A stretch of DNA of 64,000 nucleotides from an uncultured candidate division Zixibacteria bacterium (GCA_963806185.1 CAWDXE010000005.1:96001-160000); one strand, 5' to 3'; positions 1 to 12,784 are shown, counted from the first letter of the stretch. Program-made: numbers and translations. The notes: generated by a model not told the origin, from the letters alone.

Positions 1-2
1 AT

Positions 3-437
3 CCGTTTACGACGCTGATTCCGAATCTGGGGATCGTGAAATTCCGCGAAGGGAAATCGTGCGTGATGGCCGATATTCCGGGCTTGATCGAGGGGGCATC
101 CGAAGGCAAAGGGCTGGGGATTCAGTTTCTCAAGCATATTCAGCGGACGCGGTTGCTGGTGTATGTGATAGATATCAATGAAGAAGAGATTGCAAAGGCG
201 CTGGAGTTGCTGCAAGAGGAGCTGCGCACTTTCGATCCGAATCTCCCCAACCGGCCGTCGCTGGTGACTATCACAAAGATTGATACCCGGACGCCGGACG
301 AAGTAAAAGCCATTTCCCGCAAACTGCCAAAAGAGTATATTTACCTCTCTGCCGTCGCAGGGATGGGTTCCAAAGAATTTTTGAACGCTATCGAGACCGC
401 GCTTGACCATGACCGTCGACAAAACCCGACTGATTGA
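3..437 (+). CDS. obgE: GTPase ObgE (5'-truncated by window edge)
   Basis: Open frame from position 3 reads [10 protein letters not shown]...[26 protein letters not shown]...TKID, the Obg G2/G3/G4 motifs. Confidence 0.95.
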   Translation, partial: PFTTLIPNLGIVKFREGKSCVMADIPGLIEGASEGKGLGIQFLKHIQRTRLLVYVIDINEEEIAKALELLQEELRTFDPNLPNRPSLVTITKIDTRTPDEVKAISRKLPKEYIYLSAVAGMGSKEFLNAIETALDHDRRQNPTD

Positions 438-1509
438 TACCATCGCACTGTTGCAGGTGCCGGGGGTGGGACGGGGACGGTTTGGGCAGCTGGTGTCGCG
501 ATTTGGCTCACTGGGGGCAGTGTTTGGGGCATCGATAGACGAGCTGGAAACTGTCTCGGGGATATCGCGGACGATTGCCAGCGCCATCAAGAACGACGTC
601 AATCCTACCAGAGCAGGAGAGACGGCCACCAGGATCGAACGGCTTGGCTGGGCGGTGTTGTTTCAGGATTCGCCGGAGTATCCGAAGCGGTTGTTGACGC
701 TGGCGGACGCGCCGGTAATTCTGTTTCGGCTGGGCGAGGCGTTCCGTGAAGATGACAAGCTGATCGCGATTGTAGGGACGCGGCATCCGACCGAGCGGGG
801 GCGGCATTTCACGCATGGGCTGGCGGCGGAGATGGCCAGACAGGGGCTCACCGTAGTGTCGGGGATGGCCGACGGGATTGATTCGTTTGCGCATAAAGGG
901 GCGCTGGAGGGGGGCGGGAAGACGGTCGCCGTGTGGGGTACGCCGCTGGATGTGATTTATCCGAATACGAATCGGGCGCTGGCGAAATTGATTGCGGAGC
1001 GCGGGGCGGTGTACTCGGAGTATTTGCCCGGGGTAGAAGTATCGCCGGCGTTTTTCTCCGAGCGGAATCGGATCATCTCGGGGCTTTCGGAGGCGGTGAT
1101 TGTGGTGGAGGCGGGGATCAAGTCGGGGGCACTCATTACCGCGGCGGATGCGATCGATCAAGGGCGTGATTTGTTCGCCGTGCCGGGGGCGCCGTGGATC
1201 GAGCAGAGTATTGGGACGAACGGACTCATCAAGCGGGGGGCACGACTACTCACCGGCATACAGGATTTGTTTGAGGAGTTACCTCGTCTGAAAGGCGAAG
1301 TGACGGTGCGACGGTTCCAGCAGTTGACGGAGTTGACTGATGCCGAGTCACAGTTGATCGAATTGCTGACCGGTGGGCCGCAGCAGATAGATTATCTTTC
1401 ACGAACTTCGGGCTTTGCCATGAACGAGTTGATGGAGTATCTTCTCGCGCTGGAGCTAAAGGGACTGGTCCAGGAGCTTTCGGGCAAACGGTATATGCTG
1501 GCGGAGTAG
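409..1509 (+). CDS. dprA: DNA-processing protein DprA (full length, HhH + SMF/SLOG + winged helix)
   Basis: Motifs [43 protein letters not shown], and C-terminal [13 protein letters not shown] at 409. Confidence 0.95.
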   Translation: MTVDKTRLIDTIALLQVPGVGRGRFGQLVSRFGSLGAVFGASIDELETVSGISRTIASAIKNDVNPTRAGETATRIERLGWAVLFQDSPEYPKRLLTLADAPVILFRLGEAFREDDKLIAIVGTRHPTERGRHFTHGLAAEMARQGLTVVSGMADGIDSFAHKGALEGGGKTVAVWGTPLDVIYPNTNRALAKLIAERGAVYSEYLPGVEVSPAFFSERNRIISGLSEAVIVVEAGIKSGALITAADAIDQGRDLFAVPGAPWIEQSIGTNGLIKRGARLLTGIQDLFEELPRLKGEVTVRRFQQLTELTDAESQLIELLTGGPQQIDYLSRTSGFAMNELMEYLLALELKGLVQELSGKRYMLAE

Positions 1510-1516
1510 AGGATTC

Positions 1517-1783
1517 GTGAAGACGACGGCCAAGATTGTCAACCGATTGGGTCTCCATGCTCGTCCATCGGCGATGCTGGTGACGACCGCCGGGAAGTTT
1601 GCCTCGGAGGTGTATTTCACCAAGGATGGGCTCCGGGTGAACGGCAAATCAATCATGGGGGTGATGATGCTGGCGGCGGAGCAGGGATCGGACCTTGAGG
1701 TCGAAGTCTTTGGTGCGGATGAAGCGGCGGCCATGGAAGCGATTCTTGCAGTTATCGCCGGTGGATTCGGCGAAAACGAATGA
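1517..1783 (+). CDS. ptsH: PTS phosphocarrier protein HPr
   Basis: GLHARPS active-site His motif and NGKSIMGVMML regulatory Ser motif. Confidence 0.96.
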   Translation: MKTTAKIVNRLGLHARPSAMLVTTAGKFASEVYFTKDGLRVNGKSIMGVMMLAAEQGSDLEVEVFGADEAAAMEAILAVIAGGFGENE

Positions 1784-1872
1784 TATATTAGCTTGCCTAA
1801 GGCAATTCCAGCCAGATAGATTGTGATCATCCCGTCGGGGTGTGATCATCCCCCCTCGATCAGGGTAAGTAT

Positions 1873-3615
1873 ATGGCAGACAAACACAAAACTATTACCG
1901 GAAATCCGATCTCGTCGGGGATTGTGCTGGGTCAGACCCGTACGATTCTGCCGGGTGAGGTACGGGTAGCCGAGCTTCCGGTGGCGGCATCGGCTATTAA
2001 TGAAGAACTGGCGGCGCTTGATCGGGCGGTTGAAGATACGGTGGCCGAGATCAAGTTGCTTCGCGAGGCGGCCGGCAAGAAGATCGGCGGGCCGGTAGCG
2101 AAGATTTTCGACGCTCAGTTGTTGATCGCATCGGACGAGGATTTTCTCAAACAAGTCAGGGCACAGGTGACCCAGACGCGGCGCAATGCGGCATTTGTCT
2201 ACAATGGTATGGTGCAGAAGACGCTGGTGCCGTTGAACAACGCCAAAGAACCGTACATGCAGCAGATGGCCGGGGAGATTGAAGCGGTTGCGGCCCGGGT
2301 GCTGTCACACCTGGCCGGGTACAAGGAAGACGAGACGGCGCGGTTCCCGGCGGACACAATCATAGTTGGACATACGTTTACGCCGGGAGAAATACTGGCA
2401 TACCGGAACCGTCGAGCGGTCGGCTTTGTGATTGCCGAGGGTGGGAAGAACTCGCACATGGCGTTGATCGCGCGGTCGCTGATGATACCGGTGATTGTCG
2501 TCGCCGAGTCGATCAAGCAGATTCCGGACGGTGTGCGCATCGTGCTGGACGCCATTACGGGGCAAGTGGTGATCAATCCGACGCCGGAGGAAGTGACCGA
2601 ATACGGTCGAAAGCGGCGGCGGCAGGGGTCGGTGCTGGTCACACGCATCAGCAAATTAAGCCAGGTACCTCCGACCACCGCGGACGGCATGAAAGTGTAT
2701 GTCCAGGCCAACCTGGAGTTGCCGGGGCCGCTCGATGAGATCCTGTCGATGCAGAAATTCACGGTGGGATTGTATCGTACGGAGTTTCTGTACTTGGAAC
2801 ATGCCAGCTTTCCGGACGAAGAGGAGCAATACAGTTACTACGCGCGGATTGCGGAGACGTTCGCCGGCACGTACGTGGTGCTGAGAACGTTTGATCTGGG
2901 CTCGGACAAGGTCAAAGATGACGGCTTGATGCCGAAAGAGGACAACCCGGCGCTCGGGTGGCGCGGTATCCGTCCGATGCTGGCGATGTCGGACATTTTC
3001 AAGCAGCAGATTCGGGCGATGCTGCGGGCGTCGACCCGAGGGAATCTGAAGATCATGCTGCCGATGATTGCGGATATTTCCGAATATGAGCATGCGATGA
3101 AGCTCATATCGCAGGTGAAGTTTGAACTGCGAAAGAAGAACCTGCCGTTCGACGACACGATCGACGTCGGCATCATGGTAGAAGTTCCGTCGGCGGCCTT
3201 GATGGCCGACGAACTAGCGCAAAGGGTTGATTTCATGTCGGTGGGAACCAACGATCTGACGCAGTACACGTTGTCGGCCGATCGCAATAATGCGCGGGTG
3301 AGCGAGTTGTACAATCCGCTGCACCCGGCGGTGCTCAATCTTGTGCGCATGACGGTGGAAGCGTGTCGGAAATACCAGAAGCCGATGGGGATTTGCGGTG
3401 AAGTGGCAGGTGATCCGCTGGCGATACCGTTGTTCGTGGGCATGGGGGTGCGTCACTTGTCAATGAACCCGGCGAAGATATTCGACGCCTGCCGGCTGAT
3501 ACGAAAGGTTGATTCGGGGATGGCGCGCGCGCTGGCCGGTTCGGTGCTGGCGAGCGATACGGTTGCTTCGGTCCAGAAGAAGCTTCAGAATTACAATACG
3601 GAATTGGAAAAGTAA
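1873..3615 (+). CDS. ptsI: Phosphoenolpyruvate-protein phosphotransferase (PTS Enzyme I)
   Basis: GGKNSHMALIARS phospho-His motif, GLYRTEFL, EDNPALGWRGIR, SVGTNDLTQY, GICGE. Confidence 0.96.
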   Translation: MADKHKTITGNPISSGIVLGQTRTILPGEVRVAELPVAASAINEELAALDRAVEDTVAEIKLLREAAGKKIGGPVAKIFDAQLLIASDEDFLKQVRAQVTQTRRNAAFVYNGMVQKTLVPLNNAKEPYMQQMAGEIEAVAARVLSHLAGYKEDETARFPADTIIVGHTFTPGEILAYRNRRAVGFVIAEGGKNSHMALIARSLMIPVIVVAESIKQIPDGVRIVLDAITGQVVINPTPEEVTEYGRKRRRQGSVLVTRISKLSQVPPTTADGMKVYVQANLELPGPLDEILSMQKFTVGLYRTEFLYLEHASFPDEEEQYSYYARIAETFAGTYVVLRTFDLGSDKVKDDGLMPKEDNPALGWRGIRPMLAMSDIFKQQIRAMLRASTRGNLKIMLPMIADISEYEHAMKLISQVKFELRKKNLPFDDTIDVGIMVEVPSAALMADELAQRVDFMSVGTNDLTQYTLSADRNNARVSELYNPLHPAVLNLVRMTVEACRKYQKPMGICGEVAGDPLAIPLFVGMGVRHLSMNPAKIFDACRLIRKVDSGMARALAGSVLASDTVASVQKKLQNYNTELEK

Positions 3616-3641
3616 ACATTTTCAGATAAGGACATCACGTT

Positions 3642-4733
3642 TTGTCACAGTTAGACAATGTAGAGCAGATACGAGGGCTGGATCCGGATAACATGTACAA
3701 CCGGGTGTTCGATTTCCCGGAGCAGTTGGCGGAGGCAGTAGCGCTGGGGGAGAAATTCCAGTTCGACCGGTTGGCGTTTGCCGACGTGAAGAATATTGTG
3801 GTGATCGGCATGGGCGGATCGGCGATCGGCGGTGACCTGGCGCGATCGCTGCTGGGCAAAACGTTGGTGGCGCCATTCCAGGTGTGCCGCAACTATGAGC
3901 TGCCTGAGTATGTCGACGATGAATCGCTGGTGATTGCCTCGTCGTACAGCGGCAACACCGAGGAAACGCTGGCGGCGCTGGAGGATGCGATTGGGCGGAA
4001 GTCGATGATCATGGCGATGACGACCGGCGGCATCATGGAGGAAGTGTGCGGCGTGAATGGCATTCCGGTGCTGAAATTGCCGGGTGGTTTGCAGCCGCGC
4101 GCGGCGCTGGGGTATTCGTTTGCTCCGCTGATCGTCTTTTTCGAGCGGATCGGGCTAATCAAAGGGTATGTCAAGCAATTGGGCGATACAATTGCGCATC
4201 TCAAGACGCAGCGGGATTCGTACATCGAGGATTCGCCGGTGGCGCAGAACCGGGCGAAGAACCTGGCGACGATCATTCGCGGCCGGATGCCGATCATCTA
4301 CGGCGGACCGTCGCTGACCGACGTGGTGGCGGTGCGGTGGAAAGGCCAAATGTGCGAGAATGCAAAGAACATGGCGTTTGCCAACGTGTACGCCGAGTTC
4401 AATCATAATGAGCTGGTGGGGTGGTCGGATACGATCGCGCCGCACAAGGACAACCTGATCGTCATCCAGCTTCGGGACAAGGACGATCACCCGAAAATTG
4501 TCAAGCGGATGGACATCGTGAAGGGGATCATCGGGAAGCAGAATGTACCGGTGATCGACGTCCAGTCGACGGGCAACACGCCGCTGGATCGGATGTTCAG
4601 CCTGGTGCAGTTGGGTGATTTTGCGTCGTATTACCTCGCGATTTTGAATAATGTCGATCCGACGCCGGTCGAGGCGATCGAGACGCTGAAAAAGTCGCTG
4701 GCGAAAGGTGGTAGACGCCGATCGGCAGTGTAG
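3642..4733 (+). CDS. Bifunctional phosphoglucose/phosphomannose isomerase (SIS domain)
   Basis: GMGGSAIGG, SYSGNTEET, QPRAALGY, EFNHNE motifs. Confidence 0.92.
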   Translation: MSQLDNVEQIRGLDPDNMYNRVFDFPEQLAEAVALGEKFQFDRLAFADVKNIVVIGMGGSAIGGDLARSLLGKTLVAPFQVCRNYELPEYVDDESLVIASSYSGNTEETLAALEDAIGRKSMIMAMTTGGIMEEVCGVNGIPVLKLPGGLQPRAALGYSFAPLIVFFERIGLIKGYVKQLGDTIAHLKTQRDSYIEDSPVAQNRAKNLATIIRGRMPIIYGGPSLTDVVAVRWKGQMCENAKNMAFANVYAEFNHNELVGWSDTIAPHKDNLIVIQLRDKDDHPKIVKRMDIVKGIIGKQNVPVIDVQSTGNTPLDRMFSLVQLGDFASYYLAILNNVDPTPVEAIETLKKSLAKGGRRRSAV

Positions 4734-4960
4734 GGCAAACCCCATCGTCCATTCTTCAAGGGGTTTGCCTCTTTCTTCCTATTTGACGAGAGATGGCGGA
4801 CCCCTACCAGACCTCCTGCCCTTCATGGCGGACCCCTACCACCAGACCTCCTGCCCTTCATGGCGGACCCCTTGATAGATGGAAAATGGGGTCCGCCCTA
4901 CGTGCTCTCCCACGATACATGGCAAACCCCTCGTCAAATGGAAGATGGGGGTTGCCCTAC
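4730..4960. repeat. Cluster of GTAG-type REP-like palindromes (family A, three copies) with an internal 32/35-bp tandem duplication
   Basis: GTAGGGCAAACCCC...GGGGTTTGCC at 4730-4769; inverted copies ending GCCCTAC at 4862-4901 and 4921-4960; tandem units at 4793-4824 and 4825-4859. Confidence 0.85.
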
Positions 4961-4985
4961 ATCTGACTACATGTCGCACTCTGCG

Positions 4986-5013
4986 TTGACTTTGTGGATC
5001 AAAGCCGTATATT
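4986..5013 (+). promoter_or_regulatory. sigma70-like promoter, probably leaderless, for the membrane operon
   Basis: TTGACT-16nt-TATATT, then 5 nt and an in-frame GTG at 5019. Confidence 0.6.
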
Positions 5014-5018
5014 GGCAC

Positions 5019-5891
5019 GTGATCCTGTTGCGCCGATACTTCAGCACTTTCGCCGCCGCCGCCCTCTTTTGGCTGATCTGGGCTTCGACGGCGTTTTCGC
5101 AAACTGAGGAGACGGGCGCTTTCCGCAGTGACCGGATCAATGCTCTCGTTCTCATAGTTGTCTTTTCCGTCGTCATCCTCCTGTACACCAGGTGGGCCAA
5201 AGAGGGGAAGCCGCTGTTTATCCGGAAGATTGCGGGGCTCGACGCGGTCGAGGAAGCGGTAGGGCGGGCGACCGAGATGGGTCGACCGGTGTTGTTCATT
5301 CCCGGGATTCAGGAACTTGATGAGATATCCACCATCGCCGGCGTATCAATTCTCGGCCGTGTCGCTCGCATTGTCGCGCAGTACGATACTCCTATTTTTG
5401 TTCCCCTGCGATACCCTCTGGTGCTGGCCGCCAGCGAAGAGGTCGTTCAGCAGGCGTATGTGGAAATGGGTCGCGCTGACTCATACCAGAAAGATTCCGT
5501 CCGTTACGTGGCCGGAGAACAGTTCGCCTTTGCCGCAACGGTCAATGGGTACATGATGCGCGAACGTCCGGCGGCCTGCCTCTATATGGGTTATTTCGCG
5601 GCCGAGTCACTGCTCCTGGCTGAGACCGGCAATGCCGCCGGCTCCATCCAGATCGCCGGCACCAATATGCCGGAGCAGTTGCCGTTCTTTATCGCTTCGT
5701 GCGATTACACGCTGATGGGCGAAGAGCTCTATGCAGCATCGGCATATCTGTCCCATGAACCGGTCATGCTCGGCGGTCTCAAGGGGCAGGATTTGATGAA
5801 ACTGTTGATCATTGTCGCCATTATCCTCGGCGTCATTTTGGTCAGCTTTGGAAGCGGCGTCTGGTACACTGAAATGTTTAAGCAGGTTTGA
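5019..5891 (+). CDS. Membrane protein, DUF6754-like
   Basis: Signal/TM N-terminus and IRKIAGLDAVEEAVGRATEMGRPV...GEELYAASAYLS, recalled as DUF6754. The upstream part of the ORF-track call (from 4860) lies in REP DNA. Confidence 0.75.
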   Translation: MILLRRYFSTFAAAALFWLIWASTAFSQTEETGAFRSDRINALVLIVVFSVVILLYTRWAKEGKPLFIRKIAGLDAVEEAVGRATEMGRPVLFIPGIQELDEISTIAGVSILGRVARIVAQYDTPIFVPLRYPLVLAASEEVVQQAYVEMGRADSYQKDSVRYVAGEQFAFAATVNGYMMRERPAACLYMGYFAAESLLLAETGNAAGSIQIAGTNMPEQLPFFIASCDYTLMGEELYAASAYLSHEPVMLGGLKGQDLMKLLIIVAIILGVILVSFGSGVWYTEMFKQV

Positions 5892-5892
5892 T

Positions 5893-6559
5893 GTGCGCAC
5901 CACCGTTCCAGTCATTGTTGCCTTCCTCTCCGGCCTCATCATGGTGGTGTCGTTCTTCTTCCATCCCGAGAGATCATTCCTCGGGCAAACTCGAGGAAGA
6001 GGCGCTGGTCTGGGTCACTATCGTCGGCGGATTCACCCTGCTGCTCGGCGTGGTCTCGATCACGCGCTCCAATATCAGCTCGCTCGTGCAGCGCAAAGAA
6101 GGATGGCTGTACCCGGTATTGACCCTGACGTCCGTCTTCATCATGGCCGTCCCGGCTATGCTGCCGACGAGTTGGGTGTCGTGGTTTGGGACTGCCCAGG
6201 GGACGTCACTCTACGACTGGCTCTTTGTCAACCTGAGCACTCCGGCGATGGCCACCATGTTCGCCACCCTCGCATTCTACATCGCTTCGGCCGCTTATCG
6301 CGCATTTCGCGCCCGCAATCTCGAAGCAACGATTCTTCTCCTGGCCGCCACGCTGGTCATGCTCTGGCGCATTCCCATGGGCGAGGCCTTCCTTCGTCTC
6401 TTCAGCGACAATCTTCCCGAATGGATTAATTCTTACATCATGAACGGCGCCAACAACGCGGTCCAGCGCGGCATCATCATCGGCGCCGCGCTTGGTGCCG
6501 CCTCCATGTCTCTCCGGATTATGCTCGGTATCGAGCGGACCTACATGGGGAAGGGCTAA
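5893..6559 (+). CDS. Polytopic membrane protein (one +1 frameshift near 5984)
   Basis: GTG at 5893 reads VRTTVPVIVAFLSGLIMVVSFFF (hydrophobic). Removing one G from CTCGGGCAAA joins it to KLEEEALVW...SLRIMLGIERTY. Confidence 0.75.
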
Positions 6560-6562
6560 GCC

Positions 6563-7399
6563 ATGTCGTTCTGGGAGAAAGTCTCATCCATCGATCGACG
6601 CTGGATCTACCTCCTCATCGCCCTGGCCGTCATCTTTCCGCTGATCGTCCCGATGAAATATCCCGTCCAGATCACGCCCGAGGCCCGTCAGCTTTTCAAC
6701 GCCGTCGATTCCCTCCCCGATTCTTCGATCGTGATGCTGACTTTCGATTACTACCCGTCGACTATCGCCGAGACCGAACCGATGGCCCGCGCCGCCTTGC
6801 ACCATCTGTTCAGCAAGAATTGCCGGATCGTTACTCTGTCAACCATCCCGCTCGGCGGTCCGTCAATGGCCGAACGCGTCACACGCGACATGGCCGAAAA
6901 ATACCACAAGACGTACGGCGTCGATTTCGTCAATCTCGGCTTCAAAGCCAACTACGTCGCGGTGCTCAAAGGCATGGGCCAATCGATCGAATCGATTTAC
7001 CCGACCGACAATTCCGGCACGCCACTGTCCCAGCTGCCCCTCATGAAGGGTGTGAGAAACTACAGCGATTTTTCCTTCATCTTCGTCGTCGCCGATAACG
7101 GCATTATCGATTACTGGATTTCCATCGTAAACGCGCAATACGGCATACGTGTCGGCTGCGGTGCAACATCGGTCATGGCCCCAAAGTTGTATTCTTTCGT
7201 TAACGCCGGTCAGTTGACCGGACTGCTCGGAGGAATGAAAGGAGCCGCCGAATACGAACAACTAATCCATCATGAAGATTTGGCCATGAAGGGGATGGAC
7301 ATCCAGTCTCTCGTCCACCTGTTCATCATCGCCCTGGTCATTGTCGGCAATGTCGCCTACTTCGCCAGCCACCAGAACCGGAAGCGGGGGAATCCATGA
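6563..7399 (+). CDS. Conserved hypothetical membrane protein (N- and C-terminal TM, soluble central domain)
   Basis: 278 aa ORF in operon; GLLGGMKGAAEYE motif; hydrophobic ends. Confidence 0.8.
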   Translation: MSFWEKVSSIDRRWIYLLIALAVIFPLIVPMKYPVQITPEARQLFNAVDSLPDSSIVMLTFDYYPSTIAETEPMARAALHHLFSKNCRIVTLSTIPLGGPSMAERVTRDMAEKYHKTYGVDFVNLGFKANYVAVLKGMGQSIESIYPTDNSGTPLSQLPLMKGVRNYSDFSFIFVVADNGIIDYWISIVNAQYGIRVGCGATSVMAPKLYSFVNAGQLTGLLGGMKGAAEYEQLIHHEDLAMKGMDIQSLVHLFIIALVIVGNVAYFASHQNRKRGNP

Positions 7400-8031
7400 G
7401 CGGCATGGATATTTTCCAGATCTGGGTCGGTGCGCTCGTCACCCTGGCGCTGTTTTCTTTCCTGTATAAGGATAACCCGTTCTATAAAGTCGCCGAGCAC
7501 ATCTTCGCCGGGCTCTCCGCCGGATACTACTGGGGACTTATCTGGCAATCCGTCATAGTCCAGCAATTGTACATGCCGCTTGTCAACGATGGCAAGTGGA
7601 CGCTGATTTTCCCCGCGCTCCTGGGCATACTCATGTTTACCCGGTTCTTTTCAAAACTGTCGTGGATTTCGCGGATCTCGCTGGCGTTTGTGATGGGGAA
7701 TACGGCGGGCGTCTTTTTGATCTCGCAGCTTCATGGTTTGGTGCTGCCCCAGATGGGGGCCACCATGCGGCCGCTGGTCGACGGCGGATTTGCGGGCAGT
7801 CTGCTCGCATTTGTGGTGGTGGTAGGAGTCATTTCGACGTTGATATACTTCTACTTTTCCAAAGAGCACGTTGGTGCGCTGGGGGTGACGGCGAAAATCG
7901 GGATTTGGTTCATCATGATATCTTTCGGCGCCCATTTCGGGTATACGGTTATGGGACGAATTTCACTCCTGATCGGACGCGTCTACTTCCTGTACAATGA
8001 CTGGATTGGTTCATTTTCGCATATTCTGTGA
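7396..8031 (+). CDS. Conserved hypothetical polytopic membrane protein
   Basis: ATGA overlap with the previous gene; about 6 TM segments; SFLYKDNPFYKVAEH and FGAHFGYTVMGR motifs. Confidence 0.8.
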   Translation: MSGMDIFQIWVGALVTLALFSFLYKDNPFYKVAEHIFAGLSAGYYWGLIWQSVIVQQLYMPLVNDGKWTLIFPALLGILMFTRFFSKLSWISRISLAFVMGNTAGVFLISQLHGLVLPQMGATMRPLVDGGFAGSLLAFVVVVGVISTLIYFYFSKEHVGALGVTAKIGIWFIMISFGAHFGYTVMGRISLLIGRVYFLYNDWIGSFSHIL

Positions 8032-8091
8032 CATCCTCCCGCTTTTATTGTATACTCTTTCAGACAACTCAAACTTCAGCAAGCAGCCGAT

Positions 8092-9162
8092 ATGGACAAA
8101 CGGATTTATTTGCTCATTCTGATCGGCCTACTCGCATTCGGGTGTGGCCATAATCCCGACGACCCGGTTTACGATATATCGAAAAACCCGGACGGTTTTC
8201 CGGCCTTTGCGCTGGCGGTGCTCGACAGCATGCAAACCGAAAAGGTGAAGGGCCTGGAGCAGGTGGGATCGTCGTTTGCCAACTTGTACACTCAGCACAC
8301 GGAATTGCTCGATAGCAAGGAGTGGAAGCGGGTGGTGGAGCGACTGGGGTCGAAGTTTCGGTATTTCGGTGACCGGTACGCCATGGAGGGGTTACCGGGG
8401 TATGTCAAGGCGGCGGAGTGTTACCAACTGGCAGCGCTGGCGCGGCCGCAGGATGAGCGGGCCCGGACGCTCAAAGAGACTTTCCAGGGGTGGTGGAATA
8501 TTGCCCGCGACTCGGCCTTTGCGTCGACCTTCTGTGTGCCGGCGGCCAGTCCGCCGCTGTTGGCGAGAGTTGAGCTGTTGAAATCGTTTCTTTTGTCGGA
8601 CTCGCTTCGACAGAACTTTGGAAGGACCTACCTCCTGGACCAGCTTCTCCCCTCCGCCGAGAGCGCGGAACTGTTGACAGCCGCACGGTTGAGCGAGCTT
8701 CCGATGGCGGATCGGGCGTTTTTGGCCTCCCTGGGGCGAGGCAAGGACCCAATGACCCAATACGCGGTGAGCTTTACTCATCCGGCGATCGACCTGATCA
8801 CCTGCGCCATCGAGCCACTCGACGCCGGGTATTGGCGGGCGGAGCTATATTTCATTCCGCATAACAAGCTTGACTCCAACTACGTTGTTTCGTTGATGGT
8901 GCTTTCGGCCGATTCAGCGACGGTGCTGGCTTCGGGGGGGCATCTGACATCGTACGATTTCCGCCCTGACCCGCCGACAACCACGTGGCGGACCGACCGG
9001 GTGGCGGTGGCGTTTCAAGTGATCCCGTTTGCCAGCCGACCGGCGGCGGTGCGTGTGGGGCTGTATGACGTCGGCCCGACCGGGCCACATTATCTTACGA
9101 TTCTGGGGCATACAGAGAAGACATTTACCCTCGCCCTGCCCGAGACCCGGTTGGCGCAGTAA
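8092..9162 (+). CDS. Hypothetical lipoprotein
   Basis: MDKRIYLLILIGLLAFGC lipobox; 356 aa. Confidence 0.75.
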   Translation: MDKRIYLLILIGLLAFGCGHNPDDPVYDISKNPDGFPAFALAVLDSMQTEKVKGLEQVGSSFANLYTQHTELLDSKEWKRVVERLGSKFRYFGDRYAMEGLPGYVKAAECYQLAALARPQDERARTLKETFQGWWNIARDSAFASTFCVPAASPPLLARVELLKSFLLSDSLRQNFGRTYLLDQLLPSAESAELLTAARLSELPMADRAFLASLGRGKDPMTQYAVSFTHPAIDLITCAIEPLDAGYWRAELYFIPHNKLDSNYVVSLMVLSADSATVLASGGHLTSYDFRPDPPTTTWRTDRVAVAFQVIPFASRPAAVRVGLYDVGPTGPHYLTILGHTEKTFTLALPETRLAQ

Positions 9163-9253
9163 ACCGGGGCTTGGAGGCCCTTTTTCCCAAAGGGACTTGT
9201 CAGGGCTCGATTTCTTTCCTAATTTAGCGGCTCAACACAGGGGAAGTTCTGGC

Positions 9254-10228
9254 ATGAAAGTGATTATCCCGGTGGCGGGTGCGGGCACTCGTCTCCGACC
9301 ACATACGTATTCTCAACCCAAGCCGCTGCTGCATGTCGCGGGGCGGGCGATGATCGACCATATCCTTGATCCGGTGGTGAAGATCAAGCCGGACGAGGTC
9401 GTATTCGTCGTAGGGTTTCTAGGCGATCAGATTGAAGAGCATATTCGGCAGAAATACCAGTTTGCGGTCAAATTCGTGTCACAGAACCAGCTCCTGGGTC
9501 TGGGGTATGCGCTGGACCTGGCGCTACAGAGTATTGAGGGGGAAGAGATACTGATCATCCTCGGCGACACGATCGTTGATTTCAACCTTCAGGAATTCAT
9601 TTCGGCCGGCGACTATGTGCTGGGGTTACGTCAAGTCGATGACCCGCACCGGTTCGGAATCGCCGAAATCAAGAATGGGCATATTGTCGGGCTGGAGGAA
9701 AAGCCGGAGACGCCGAAGGGGAATCTGGCGGTGATCGGGTTGTATTATTTTCGCGACGCCCGGCTGTTCCGGAAGGTGCTGTCGGCGCATGTGGCATCGG
9801 GCAAGACCACCCGAGGCGAGATACAATTGACCGACGCACTGCAGGACATGATTCGCCAAGGGACAAGTTTCACGCCCTATCAGGTGAATGACTGGTATGA
9901 TTGCGGCAAGAAGGAGACGGTACTCTCGACCAACCGTCATCTGCTCACCGGGGTGAAGCCGCCGGTATCCTCGAACGGGTCATCGTATATTCCGCCGGTC
10001 TATATCGATCCGACCGCAAAGATCAAGTACAGTGTGCTGGGGCCGAATGTGTCGGTATCGGCGAACGCAGTGATCACCAGTTCGGTGATTCGGAATTCGA
10101 TTATCGGGGCGGACGCGGTGATTGAGAACATGATTATTGAGGATTCGATAATCGGTCAGCATGCGGTGGTGCGCAACGAGGCCAAGGTGCTGAACGTGGG
10201 TGACTCATCGGAAATAAGCCAAAGGTGA
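9254..10228 (+). CDS. Sugar-phosphate nucleotidyltransferase with C-terminal left-handed beta-helix
   Basis: MKVIIPVAGAGTRLRPHTYSQPKPL, EKP, WYDCG, hexapeptide repeats; ATG at 9254. Confidence 0.9.
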   Translation: MKVIIPVAGAGTRLRPHTYSQPKPLLHVAGRAMIDHILDPVVKIKPDEVVFVVGFLGDQIEEHIRQKYQFAVKFVSQNQLLGLGYALDLALQSIEGEEILIILGDTIVDFNLQEFISAGDYVLGLRQVDDPHRFGIAEIKNGHIVGLEEKPETPKGNLAVIGLYYFRDARLFRKVLSAHVASGKTTRGEIQLTDALQDMIRQGTSFTPYQVNDWYDCGKKETVLSTNRHLLTGVKPPVSSNGSSYIPPVYIDPTAKIKYSVLGPNVSVSANAVITSSVIRNSIIGADAVIENMIIEDSIIGQHAVVRNEAKVLNVGDSSEISQR

Positions 10229-10279
10229 CGAATTCGCCGCCGTCAGATATTGTGAATGGCAGAGAGGTGCAAAGGAACA

Positions 10280-12708
<2,429 letters not shown>

Positions 12709-12729
12709 GAATCGACGGCAGTATGTTTG

Positions 12730-12762
12730 AGCGGTCAGGCGATTGAGTCTGGCCGCTTTTTT
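12730..12762 (+). terminator. Intrinsic terminator after ahcY
   Basis: AGCGGTCAGGC/GTCTGGCCGCT stem followed by a T run. Confidence 0.8.
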
Positions 12763-12784
12763 GTTGGTGGGGTAAGAGAGGAGC

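Noticed and set aside
4793..4872. Possible mini CRISPR array (32-35 bp periodicity)
   Set aside because: The units are contiguous tandem copies with no unique spacers, derive from a REP arm, and no cas genes are present
10229..10279. SAM riboswitch upstream of metK
   Set aside because: Only about 50 bp of intergenic DNA and no SAM-I/II consensus
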